Assembly: GCA_028717385.1 (NCBI GenBank)
Contig: JAQUNW010000001.1
Location: forward strand, 13,062-77,061
Direction of reading: 5' to 3'
DNA length: 64,000 bases
Source of the DNA: Dehalococcoidales bacterium
Lineage (GTDB): Bacteria; Chloroflexota; Dehalococcoidia; Dehalococcoidales; CSSed11-197
Made by a program: the position numbers and the translations under genes. Positions 19,317-28,107 of the stretch are shown one piece after another. Within the stretch, counting starts at the first letter, position 1. Each line of letters opens with the position of its first letter. The notes under the pieces are model-generated. The model was not told the origin of the DNA and did not search any database. It saw nothing but the letters and a program-made list of their open reading frames with translations.

Positions 19317-21449
19317 ATGAAATCAGATTTTGTAAAAATAGACCTTCATGTGCACACGCCGGCATCTTCATGCTATAAAGGCCCCAAGAGTGATGATGAG
19401 TATTTAAGAATTCTGCGATTTGCACGTTCTAATGATATAAAGATATTAGGTATATCTGACCATAATTCAATTGATGGTTATAAACGGATTTTAAATATAA
19501 AAGAGAAATTAGCCAATGAAAGAAAATCCCTTTCATTGATTACCGACTCTAAGCAAGTAAAAAATAGAATATCAAAAATAGACGATGATTTAGAAATATT
19601 TAAAAGTATTCTTATTCTTCCAGCAATTGAATTTGAGGTAAGTAACGGAATTCATTTACTAGTTGTTTTTAATGATACAACCCCAATTGAGGATATACAT
19701 CAGTTTTTATCTAATGGTGGGTACAATCAAGATAATTTTGGAATAGAAGAGCCAAACGTATTATCTAACTGGGATATTTTCAAATTATATGAAGAATCTG
19801 CTAAATATGATTGCCTGGTAATTGATGCTCACACTGATTCTAACAAAGGAATATTAAACACAATCCCTCAAGGCAATACAAGAGCTAATTGTTTTAGTTC
19901 CCCTTATCTTGCAGCCGTTTGCTATAGGAGTGAGGAGCAAAAAGAAAAACTGGCGAATACAATAAAATCCCAACGCCCATATTTAAGAAAAACACCTCTT
20001 CCGTTTTTAAAATTTTCAGATGCTCATATTGCTGAAGAAGTAGGAAAACCGCTGTCTTGGGTAAAAGTTGAAAAGCTGTCATTTCCTTCTTTGAAAATCG
20101 CATTTTCAAATCCGTCGGAGATGGTCTCAACAGAAGAGCCATCTATGGCTCGTATATTAGATGACTTAATAAAGTTAGACAATTCGATAGGGATACCCGA
20201 TGTTTCAGAAGATTCACAATCATTGTTAAAAAAATATATTTGTGCTTTTGGAAATACAGATGGTGGGTATATACTTTTAGGAGTTTCCAAAAATAAAAGC
20301 AAAATAGGCTTAGTTGAGAAAAGTGAAGGAGGCGGACATGCATTAAGCCATATTATCAACCCAATTTTTGAGTGTTTTTCTAATATTGAGCCAGCAGTAA
20401 GACCTACAATTACTCAATATAACCTACAAAGCAAAAAACATATATTTTCTATTCACGTTCAAAAATCTCCGACTTTAATTAACATTAAGAATGACAGGCT
20501 TGTATATTCGATAAAAAAGGGGACAATAAGTGTTTTAAAGGCAACAGAAATTGAAGCAATAGCCCAAGATAAATTATTGGTTGACATTGAAAGTAAAATA
20601 TCTAATCACCTATTATCTGTTCAAAATGAGTGTTGTTTAATTAAAAATATATTCTGTTGCTTGCCTATTATTCGTTTTTTTGATTGCCATAGCCATGAAG
20701 CTATTTTTCGATTTGAAGTAGCTAAGTCGATAAGCCTAGAGAAAAAAAATATTGATAAGCTAAAAAAAATAGGAATTAATGGTACAAGTAGGGGAAATAT
20801 ATACTATTTAGATAATGTAATACCACCTAGATTAACATCTACATATTTAAGATATAGTATTCCGTTATTCACTTTAGCTAAAGTGAAATTAGATATTAAA
20901 AGGAAGGAGACAATATATATTGTTCCTGGCGGAGCAGTATTTTATTCTACTAAAAATTTTCAATTCTTTTCCGAGAGTTTACCTAATATATTAAAGATTT
21001 CTGGGGATATCAAACCAAGTGCTAAATTTATTGTGGCTTTTTTGAAATCATCTTTTAATCTATGGTATTTAAAGAATAAATTAGATAATATAGATATATT
21101 TCAACCTGAGGTATTTAACAATCTAAGGCTACCTGTTATAAATCTTAAACATAGCGATTCATCCCAAGCTATAAATGAGATACACAATAGTATAGATGAA
21201 ATAATCAAGTTAGAATCTAATTATTTAGTAAAACAGAGGAAATACAATATAAAAGATGACAAGCAAAGAGAGATACTATCGAAGTTAACAACCGAACATA
21301 ATTCGAAAGTTGATTTAATAGCATATGATATCGATAAACTCATATACAAACTCCTTGATTTATCCGAAAATCAAATAAATGTTATTGAAGAAAACCTCAG
21401 ATTAAATGACATATACCTTCCGCCACTTTCTCGACATTGTTTTTGCTAA
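19317..21449 (+). CDS. PHP phosphoesterase + AlbA_2 (Schlafen-like) DNA-binding + TaqI_C-like target-recognition fusion protein
   Basis: 710 aa. PHP motifs DLHVHT, ISDHN, EFE, IDAHTD, FSDAH. AlbA_2-like FGNTDGGYILLGVSKNKSKIGL. C-terminus FLKSSFNLWYL...LRLPVINL...IDKLIYKLLDLSENQINVIEE resembles Eco57I/TaqI-type TRDs. No Walker or MTase motif seen. Confidence 0.7.
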   Translation: MKSDFVKIDLHVHTPASSCYKGPKSDDEYLRILRFARSNDIKILGISDHNSIDGYKRILNIKEKLANERKSLSLITDSKQVKNRISKIDDDLEIFKSILILPAIEFEVSNGIHLLVVFNDTTPIEDIHQFLSNGGYNQDNFGIEEPNVLSNWDIFKLYEESAKYDCLVIDAHTDSNKGILNTIPQGNTRANCFSSPYLAAVCYRSEEQKEKLANTIKSQRPYLRKTPLPFLKFSDAHIAEEVGKPLSWVKVEKLSFPSLKIAFSNPSEMVSTEEPSMARILDDLIKLDNSIGIPDVSEDSQSLLKKYICAFGNTDGGYILLGVSKNKSKIGLVEKSEGGGHALSHIINPIFECFSNIEPAVRPTITQYNLQSKKHIFSIHVQKSPTLINIKNDRLVYSIKKGTISVLKATEIEAIAQDKLLVDIESKISNHLLSVQNECCLIKNIFCCLPIIRFFDCHSHEAIFRFEVAKSISLEKKNIDKLKKIGINGTSRGNIYYLDNVIPPRLTSTYLRYSIPLFTLAKVKLDIKRKETIYIVPGGAVFYSTKNFQFFSESLPNILKISGDIKPSAKFIVAFLKSSFNLWYLKNKLDNIDIFQPEVFNNLRLPVINLKHSDSSQAINEIHNSIDEIIKLESNYLVKQRKYNIKDDKQREILSKLTTEHNSKVDLIAYDIDKLIYKLLDLSENQINVIEENLRLNDIYLPPLSRHCFC

Positions 21450-21568
21450 CGAACTTTCCACTACACTAATAAACCAAACATGACATAACGGTACACATCA
21501 AAGCTAAATCATCCAATTGAGAGGCATGTCTCGTTACTCAGATTTACATTTAGGGATGTAAATTGTAT

Positions 21569-21611
21569 CTTTTAATCAGGGTGTCACAGGTTCGAGACCT
21601 GTACGGCCTAC
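21569..21611 (+). repeat. Direct repeat copy 2 (attR-like partial tRNA-Lys 3' end)
   Basis: Identical 43 nt to 17192-17234. It lacks the 5' half of the tRNA, so it is not a functional tRNA. Confidence 0.9.
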
Positions 21612-22446
21612 TTCCAATCCTCCATTACCGCTTCTATTATCTCTATTTCTCAAATCCCGCAGCCAGGGAACATCCAAAAGAACCATCAAATTCTATAGGT
21701 ACCTGCTTATACCATTTACACAGACATGCACACTCTCACCCAATGACATATGCCAGTTCCTATCCACCAGGACCTGCACCAACGGCAAGAACGCCTACTA
21801 CAGATCCATAAGAGCCTTCTGCAACTGGCTGTACAGACAGGGATACATCACCGATAACCCTATAACAAAGGGAGACCCGCCCAGGATGAGGAAGGTCATC
21901 CTTCCGAGTCTTACCAGTGAACAGGTAACGTATCTGATAGATCAAGCAGATAATACCCGTGACAAAGCAATCATCAGCCTGCTTGCAGACTCAGGCATCC
22001 GTCTTAATGAACTCATCAACATCAAAGAAGAACATATAGACTTCGAAACCCAGAAAATCATTATCTGGGGCAAGGGCGCCAAGTAGCGGAAAGCTCCTTT
22101 CACATCAAGAACACTGAATCTCATAAATGAATATTTGAGCACCGCCAATAATGAGCGTTTCAATATGTGGAACATAAAAAGAAGAGGCATCCAGATCATG
22201 CTGTATAGACTGGAGAAGAGGATTGGTTTACGGTGTAATCCACATACATTCAGGAGGACTTTTGCCAGTAATTTGCATAGACAGGGACTGGACATAGAAC
22301 ATATCATGAGGCTTGGCGGGTGGGAGAGCCTGGATATGGTATTGAGGTATACAAGGTCAGTGAAGTTTGAGGAGAGTTTGAGGTTGTATCAGGGGGTTGG
22401 AGAGATAAAATGCACATTGTATAATTTGTGTACTTGTTGCTGTTAG
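21612..22446 (+). pseudogene. Tyrosine integrase pseudogene (5'-truncated, in-frame TAG)
   Basis: A single frame reads FLKSRSQGTSKRTIKFYRY...ICQFLS...RAFCNWLYRQGYITDNP...ADSGIRLNELINI...GKGAK*RKAPF...HTFRRTFAS...LGGWESLDMVLRY. There is no start codon, the frame abuts the repeat, and a TAG lies at 22084-22086. Confidence 0.8.
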
Positions 22447-22701
22447 TAAGTTTTGGAACTCATTTTATGCGATATAGCAAAATATGATTAGATCGACATG
22501 AATGTTCCACTAATTAGAGGAGAGAACATCAAGCTAATTTCTTACTTGTCTTCCGCACCGAGCGCAGAATTGCACTTCAGGGCTAATCTTTCTGCCACGT
22601 GAAAAACAATACTCATCAACGGATAACAATTCGCTTGATGGCTCTATGTGTTCAACTCGTTCAACATCCTCTATGATAGGTTCGATTTTGTATGATTCAT
22701 T

Positions 22702-23385
22702 TTAAGGTTGTTTCCAATGCCAATTCTTTTTACAATCTAAACAGTGCCCTCGCCAGAGATATTCATAACCAAGTTGAAGTTTCTCATTTTCATTATTTGC
22801 TTTTTCACTTACCGAATCCACAATGTTTCTACTTTGACAATAGGGGCACTTTTTTAATTTGTAATCCAAATATTCGTCTTCAAATTTTCCTCCACACCCG
22901 CCACAAGTATTACTTCTACCAGAAATAGCCCGTCCGCATTTTGAGCAAAGGTTCACACCCTGAAAATGTGTGTGTTGTTTTTGCGAGGTAGCAAAATTAC
23001 TTGTGTTTCCGTTACTTAATTCAAATTGTACGCCACATTTTGGGCAAAACAAATCATCGTCTTGTACGATAGTCCCACATTTCTCACAAATTGAATTGTT
23101 ATTGTTTTCGTAATCATATTTTTGTCTGTTGGCATCTTTGTTGGAATATATTATTGACCCTATTAAGCCCCCAGTGGTGAGAACAGCTCCAGTAGCTAAT
23201 AATGTTAATCCTAGGGTTTCTTTATTTTCACCAGATTTAATCCTGCTTTCGGTTGTTGAAGACCACACAGGTCTTGCTTCTTCAAGAGGTGTTAATTTTT
23301 GTAAATTCAAACCTTCCTGCCACTGAAACATCCCGATAGCAATAAAAACTATGCCGAAAGTCATAATTAGCACAAATTTCTTCAT
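22702..23385 (-). CDS. Membrane protein with two TM helices and four CxxC-pair zinc-ribbon motifs
   Basis: 227 aa. TM1 FVLIMTFGIVFIAIGMF and TM2 LTLLATGAVLTTGGLIGSII. These are followed by CEKC..CPKC, CSKC..CGGC, CPYC and CLDC. Confidence 0.6.
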   Translation of the reverse strand: MKKFVLIMTFGIVFIAIGMFQWQEGLNLQKLTPLEEARPVWSSTTESRIKSGENKETLGLTLLATGAVLTTGGLIGSIIYSNKDANRQKYDYENNNNSICEKCGTIVQDDDLFCPKCGVQFELSNGNTSNFATSQKQHTHFQGVNLCSKCGRAISGRSNTCGGCGGKFEDEYLDYKLKKCPYCQSRNIVDSVSEKANNENEKLQLGYEYLWRGHCLDCKKNWHWKQP

Positions 23386-23488
23386 TTAGTCTACTCCTAA
23401 CAATTTTGTAACATATTGTTTGTTTAAATATCCAAATAGTGTAGAAGCAGATATATTCCAATCAGTTACTATGGAATCTTTGTAATTA

Positions 23489-23905
23489 TTACTTTGGCTT
23501 CACGCTTCTTTTATTACTTGGCTTAGTTTTTACAGATGTTGTTTTTGGTTTGCTTGAGGTAGACTTTGATTTCGACTGACCGGTCTTATTCTGAGTAATT
23601 TTGGATTTTAATGGGGCACTCTTTAAGGTTGATATTTTGGGTTTAAATGTAGCGCCCTTCTTTTTATTACAAGGTGGACATAGCAATTGAAGATTAGCAG
23701 GATTATCTTTGCCACCTTTGGAAACAGGAGTTATATGATCAACTTCAAGAATATCTAATGGGAATTCTCTTCGGCACTTCTTACACCTGTAGCCTACTAC
23801 TCTTGTGGTTCCAAGCCATATATCCTCTTCAATATTTTCTTGGTTCTGATACTTGGCAATATTCTTTTTGTCAGCTTTGCTAAACCGAAGACGCATTTCT
23901 ATCAC
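23489..23905 (-). CDS. HNH endonuclease with Lys/Ser/Thr-rich basic tail
   Basis: 138 aa. CKKC...LEVDHITPVSKGGKDNPANLQLLCPPCNKKKG is a canonical HNH/His-Me finger. The C-terminal 55 aa or so are low-complexity K/S/T-rich. Confidence 0.8.
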   Translation of the reverse strand: MIEMRLRFSKADKKNIAKYQNQENIEEDIWLGTTRVVGYRCKKCRREFPLDILEVDHITPVSKGGKDNPANLQLLCPPCNKKKGATFKPKISTLKSAPLKSKITQNKTGQSKSKSTSSKPKTTSVKTKPSNKRSVKPK

Positions 23906-23911
23906 ACCTCA

Positions 23912-24823
23912 TTATTGATTACTAGCGGATGTATTAGATAATTTAGTACCACATTTAAAACAAAATCTATACTCGTCTTGGACTTCAGTACCACAATTAC
24001 TACAAGAAGATACCTCAAGTTTCTTTTTATTCAATAAAGTTCTATATTTACACTTAGGGAAATTTGAACAACATAAAAATGACTCTCCCGCATGAGCACC
24101 CTTTTTTGCTTCGCGCGTGATAAGTTTACCTTCTTTGCACTTAGGGCATATTTTTGGAGTGACGTCAGATCGTGCGACAATTGTGTTTAACATTATCGAC
24201 GATTTCGATTGTTCGGAATGCTTAGATTTTACAGTATGGATATGCTTAAGATGATCAGAGAAGTTTGTGATATTTTGGATTTCTTGTATGCTCTGATTAA
24301 ATTTTGCAACTTCTTCGTCGGTGAATATGACTTCTTTATGACTAACTATCTCTTTGATATAACTATAGCCATTTGAAAAAGCGCTAGTTTCACATATAAC
24401 TCCTTGAGGTTTTTCCTTCTTAAACTTGCATCCACCCCAAATATAGACTATGGCGAAAACATTCTCGGGGGGTATTGATAAATATTCAGACAACATGATC
24501 TTGTGTTTGTAATTCTGCCGAATGGGATTTGGGTAAGAAAACTTGCCACCATTAATAAAAACAGTCCAAGTTTTATCATGTAAGGAGCCGTATATAACAG
24601 AATCGCTATTCCATCTTTTTGTTTCTACTACGAAAATCCCATATCGAGAAACTATTACATGATCTATCTGTGTAGAATCATCAGCGTTTTTGATAAGAAC
24701 ATTGTCATATTTACGATGATACTTGGGATCGAGGATGGTCTGCACTAGTTTGGTTTGGGCTTCTCCGATAAATCCCTTGAAAGTAGACTCTATAGACATA
24801 ATTTGTATTTTAACTCCAGACAA
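23912..24823 (-). CDS. NERD-domain protein with topoisomerase-type C4 zinc finger and a C-terminal zinc ribbon
   Basis: 303 aa. NERD core GEAQTKL...QIDHVIVSRYGIFVVETKRW, then CPKCKEGKL...CCSNFPKCKY (zf-C4-Topoisom-like) and CSNCG...CFKCG. Confidence 0.8.
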   Translation of the reverse strand: MSGVKIQIMSIESTFKGFIGEAQTKLVQTILDPKYHRKYDNVLIKNADDSTQIDHVIVSRYGIFVVETKRWNSDSVIYGSLHDKTWTVFINGGKFSYPNPIRQNYKHKIMLSEYLSIPPENVFAIVYIWGGCKFKKEKPQGVICETSAFSNGYSYIKEIVSHKEVIFTDEEVAKFNQSIQEIQNITNFSDHLKHIHTVKSKHSEQSKSSIMLNTIVARSDVTPKICPKCKEGKLITREAKKGAHAGESFLCCSNFPKCKYRTLLNKKKLEVSSCSNCGTEVQDEYRFCFKCGTKLSNTSASNQ

Positions 24824-25197
24824 GGTACCTGTCTACAAATAATAACCTTTTATTGATAATAATAGTTCAATTCGAAGGTTTACTCTGCTATTTCAAATTT
24901 TCAATCTAAACTTCACAACCCCAAAACTCCTCCCAATACATCACCCATTCCGCCTCACTCAACTTATCGTCCCCTCCCAAGCAGTATACAATGAAGTGAA
25001 AAACAGAATGGATAGCGCCTCCCTGAAATAGGATGCATTGATAACTGGGTGAGTAGACTATTAAAACTTGTTGAACGTGCTTCTCATGCATCCTGAAAGT
25101 TGATAGGTGGCTACGTTTATCCTATACTTGCAATTGCAACTGATGTGCTCAAAGACAATTGTGATTGCAGGATAGCGCAAAGATTGTATTAACCAAG

Positions 25198-26115
25198 ATG
25201 ACGATAATCGAAGCACACAATATTAGCAAAAGATTTGGCGATATTACGGCAGTAGAAGACCTGAATCTTGAAGTCGCCGAAGGCGAGGTACTTGGTTTTC
25301 TTGGGCCTAACGGGGCAGGTAAAACAACCACCATTCGTATTCTGGCACGTATCATTGCCCCTACTTCAGGATATGCGGTGATAGCTGGCCATCGAACAGA
25401 TGGTGAAATTGATAGTCTGCATGAAGTGATTGGATTACTAACCGATACTCCCGGCTTTTATGAGAAGTTGAGTGCTCGTCGGAACCTGGAATACTTTGGC
25501 GGTTTCTATTCCAACGTTGATGTTGAAGCTCACGTAGAAAAATACCTGAAATTGATGGGGCTATGGGAACGCCGGGAGAGCCGGGTGGGTACGTTTTCCA
25601 AGGGTATGAAACAGCGTCTGGCATTGGCGCGGGCTTTACTACACGAACCGAAAGTCCTCTTTCTAGATGAACCGACCGCAGGGCTTGATCCGGAGGCAGC
25701 CCAGGAAGTCAGGGAACTGGTGAAACGACTTAGTAATGAAGGGAGAACTGTTTTCCTTTCGACTCATAATCTGACAGAAGCCGAGCAACTCTGTCATCGG
25801 ATCGCGGTTATACGGACTAAACTGCTAGCCTTAGACACTGGGCTAAATCTGCGACATCGCTTTTTCCGACGTGAGGTAATTATTCGCTTGGTCGATCCGA
25901 GTATAACAATTGTGGATGCAGTGAGAAAACTTACCTTTGTCGAAGATGTAAAAGAAGAAGACGGTCAATTGATTATTGGGTTGATTGAGCCGGACAAAAA
26001 TCGTCCCGAATTAGTAAAAGCCATCGTTGGCGCCAGTGGTAAAATTCTCGAGGTTTCGGAAAGAGAGCATCCCCTGGAGGATATATATCTGAAACTGATT
26101 CGTGAGGAAAAATAA
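25198..26115 (+). CDS. ABC transporter ATP-binding protein (ABC-2 type)
   Basis: Walker A GPNGAGKTT, signature FSKGMKQRL and Walker B LFLDEPTAGLD. The start is taken at the Met at 25198. Confidence 0.9.
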   Translation: MTIIEAHNISKRFGDITAVEDLNLEVAEGEVLGFLGPNGAGKTTTIRILARIIAPTSGYAVIAGHRTDGEIDSLHEVIGLLTDTPGFYEKLSARRNLEYFGGFYSNVDVEAHVEKYLKLMGLWERRESRVGTFSKGMKQRLALARALLHEPKVLFLDEPTAGLDPEAAQEVRELVKRLSNEGRTVFLSTHNLTEAEQLCHRIAVIRTKLLALDTGLNLRHRFFRREVIIRLVDPSITIVDAVRKLTFVEDVKEEDGQLIIGLIEPDKNRPELVKAIVGASGKILEVSEREHPLEDIYLKLIREEK

Positions 26116-26929
26116 GGTGGGCCGCAAGCGGATTGTTAACATTTTATTGAAAGAGTGGCAATTCTTATTTACAGATATTAACACTACCTTACTTGTTACT
26201 ATTTTGCCTCTGCTAATTATCGGGCAATTGATTCTTTGTATCTGGCTGGCAGTGAATTTCGCCGGTGAATCAGCCCTTAATATCACAATCTTTCAAAATG
26301 CCCTGGCAAATCTCCAAAGAGCTACGCCAGAAGTAGCATTACTATCTGGAGGCGAACGGTTTCAGGTGCTTCTTCTCAGTCAATTCAGTTTCTATATGCT
26401 CCTAATTCCAGTAATGATTTCCGTCAGCGTGGCTACCTTCAGTATTGTTGATGAGAAACTTTCGGGAAGCCTCGAAGCTTTACTGGCAACTCCGGTTAAA
26501 ACATGGGAGCTTCTTTTAGGTAAAACCCTGGCGGGGGCTATTCCCTCATTAATCGTTACCTGGATTTGCTCCGGTATCTTCTTGCTGGCGGTGACAGCGA
26601 TGGGATGGGGCTATCTCCTTGATATGGTCATGACCCCTGTCTGGTTTATCAGCCTCTTTCTATTCACGCCTGCTGTTACCATTTTAAGTTTTCTGCTGGG
26701 TGTTATTGGCTCCTCCAGGGCAAAAGATGCCAAAGGCGCTCAAAATCTTGTAGTTCTCGTGGTTTTACCTGTATTGGCGCTGATTGCCCTTCAAATAAGT
26801 GGAATTATCTGGTTTACTGAATTCTCAGCACTTATTATGGCATTTGGTATAGGTGTGGTAGATTATTTTGTATTACGGATTGCTGTACAACTGTTTCAGC
26901 GTGAGTCCATTGTTGTTAGATGGCGTTAG
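26102..26929 (+). CDS. ABC-2 type transporter permease
   Basis: 275 aa, about 6 TM. Has the EKLSGSLEALLATPV motif typical of ABC-2 permeases. The start is ambiguous (GTG at 26102 or at 26117). Confidence 0.75.
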   Translation: MRKNKVGRKRIVNILLKEWQFLFTDINTTLLVTILPLLIIGQLILCIWLAVNFAGESALNITIFQNALANLQRATPEVALLSGGERFQVLLLSQFSFYMLLIPVMISVSVATFSIVDEKLSGSLEALLATPVKTWELLLGKTLAGAIPSLIVTWICSGIFLLAVTAMGWGYLLDMVMTPVWFISLFLFTPAVTILSFLLGVIGSSRAKDAKGAQNLVVLVVLPVLALIALQISGIIWFTEFSALIMAFGIGVVDYFVLRIAVQLFQRESIVVRWR

Positions 26930-27140
26930 TATAACGAATCCTTCTTAATGACTTTGAAAAGACTTATGCCAACGACGACCTTGTAACTCTGGTTATCGTT
27001 CTAGTTGCAGGTTTGAATGTCACACTTACTCAACTTGTTACCTCGAATTTGGCGGGGAAGAGTATACGAAAGCTAATCGGATGTAAACATTGATGACCAC
27101 AAACCCGAATACCTTAATAGCCCTATGCTAGAATAGAAAC

Positions 27141-27291
27141 ATGGAACCAAATTTTATTTTCCGAGAGATTCAGAGGGCGAAGAAGAAATCGTCTGTCGTC
27201 TTCTCATGGAATGTTTTGGTAAATTCGTTGCACCTGGATACAGTCAGGAGGGTAATTTTGATAGCTTCAATTTGGGGAATTATCGTGTATA
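27141..27291 (+). pseudogene. Possible GNAT acetyltransferase N-terminal remnant (frameshifted, truncated)
   Basis: Two frames together read MEPNFIFREIQ... / ...EGEEEIVCRLLMECFGKFVAPGYSQEGNFDSF, which resembles a GNAT N-terminus. It stops after about 50 codons. Confidence 0.3.
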
Positions 27292-27322
27292 ATATTCAAG
27301 ATCAATAATCAAGGGGAAGAGA

Positions 27323-27538
27323 ATGAAAAAAGTCGGTCTGGTATTATTGGCTATATCCGTTATTGCGTTGATTGGAGCGATGATCTGGGTAATGGTAACT
27401 GGGGCTGAAAGCATCCCTGTTGTTATGTATGTTATTTTCGGAGCAGCCGGATTAGGTGTCATTATTCTGCTGGCTGTAGCCATATACGAAAGTAAGAAGC
27501 AGGGAAAACAGGAAACATTTGAAAGGAGAAAAAACTAA
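27323..27538 (+). CDS. Small two-TM membrane protein
   Basis: 71 aa with two hydrophobic helices and a basic tail. A GGGGAAGAG RBS-like stretch lies upstream. Confidence 0.5.
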   Translation: MKKVGLVLLAISVIALIGAMIWVMVTGAESIPVVMYVIFGAAGLGVIILLAVAIYESKKQGKQETFERRKN

Positions 27539-27539
27539 G

Positions 27540-27854
27540 ATGATGGTAGTGACCTCGCCTACGATTCCGGGCAAAAACATTGTTAAGACAATTGGACTAG
27601 TAAGGGGTTCAACAATTCGCGCCAAACACTTGGGCAAGGATATCATGGCGGCCTTTAGAGGTGTAGTCGGTGGAGAAATTGGGGAATATACTGAAATGAT
27701 GGCAGAAGCCAGGGAACAGGCGCTTCAGCGCATGATAAAGGATGCTGAAAGTAAAGGAGCCAATGCAGTAATTTCTCTCAGCTTCGGCACATCTATGGTG
27801 ATGCAGAGTGCGGCTGAATGTATTGCTTATGGCACAGGTGTGATAATCGAATAA
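27540..27854 (+). CDS. YbjQ/UPF0145 family protein
   Basis: MMVVTSPTIPGKNIVKTIGLVRGSTIRAKHLGKD...EAREQALQRM...GANAVI...GTGVII matches the YbjQ pattern. A GAAAGGAGA RBS precedes the ATG at 27540. Confidence 0.8.
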   Translation: MMVVTSPTIPGKNIVKTIGLVRGSTIRAKHLGKDIMAAFRGVVGGEIGEYTEMMAEAREQALQRMIKDAESKGANAVISLSFGTSMVMQSAAECIAYGTGVIIE

Positions 27855-28107
27855 TAAAATAATACAAATAAAGTTATTTATATTTCAGCACCAAGGAATC
27901 TGCATTGACCACAGGCCAATGCCCCGCCCCAAATCAGGATGCATGCCAGCCTGACTGAGGACTCCTGGTAAAGTTGACATATCTGCTATACCACAGGTAA
28001 ATATCGTGTCAAAGCAGCCTGGTATTTAAATGCCTTTTTAATGCATTAGCTTTATAATATTGGCTTGCTCATCAAAGGCAGACCAATAACAGCACGGAAG
28101 AGTAATA

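Larger units (their letters stand above)
17192..21611 (+). mobile_element. Integrative genomic island at tRNA-Lys (integrase + 2 cargo genes)
   Basis: Bounded by the perfect 43-bp direct repeat, with the integrase adjacent to the tRNA. The cargo is visibly AT-rich: hand count of line 20701 is 18/60 GC, against 32/60 for line 10381 in argG. Confidence 0.8.
21612..24840. mobile_element. Decayed second island behind attR (right boundary not determined)
   Basis: Contains the integrase pseudogene next to the repeat and an AT-rich three-gene cassette (hand count of line 24241 is 18/60 GC). I found no third repeat copy by eye. Confidence 0.4.

Noticed and set aside
21563-21811. 82-aa track ORF starting inside repeat copy 2
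   Set aside because: It is out of frame with the clear integrase-like frame covering the same DNA. Its Pro/Thr/His-rich translation looks like an artefact.
22084-22086. In-frame TAG in the integrase and TGA in the EamA gene (62383-62385) as possible recoding events
   Set aside because: Both genes also carry other lesions (missing start; frameshift plus 5' truncation) and the stops do not fall at catalytic Cys positions. Ordinary pseudogenes are the simpler reading. Only the redoxin TGA (42249) fits a Sec pattern.
22520-22690. Short minus-strand frame ...EYCFSRGRKISPEVQFCARCGRQVRN* downstream of the multi-zinc-ribbon gene
   Set aside because: It looks like one more zinc-ribbon unit, but it has no convincing start codon and only about 30-55 codons. 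It may be a decayed extension, and the evidence is too weak for a feature call.
24906-25091. 61-aa minus-strand ORF between the NERD gene and the ABC ATPase
   Set aside because: No motif, no RBS and an odd composition (W/E/Y-rich end). It is probably non-coding or a relic I cannot identify.
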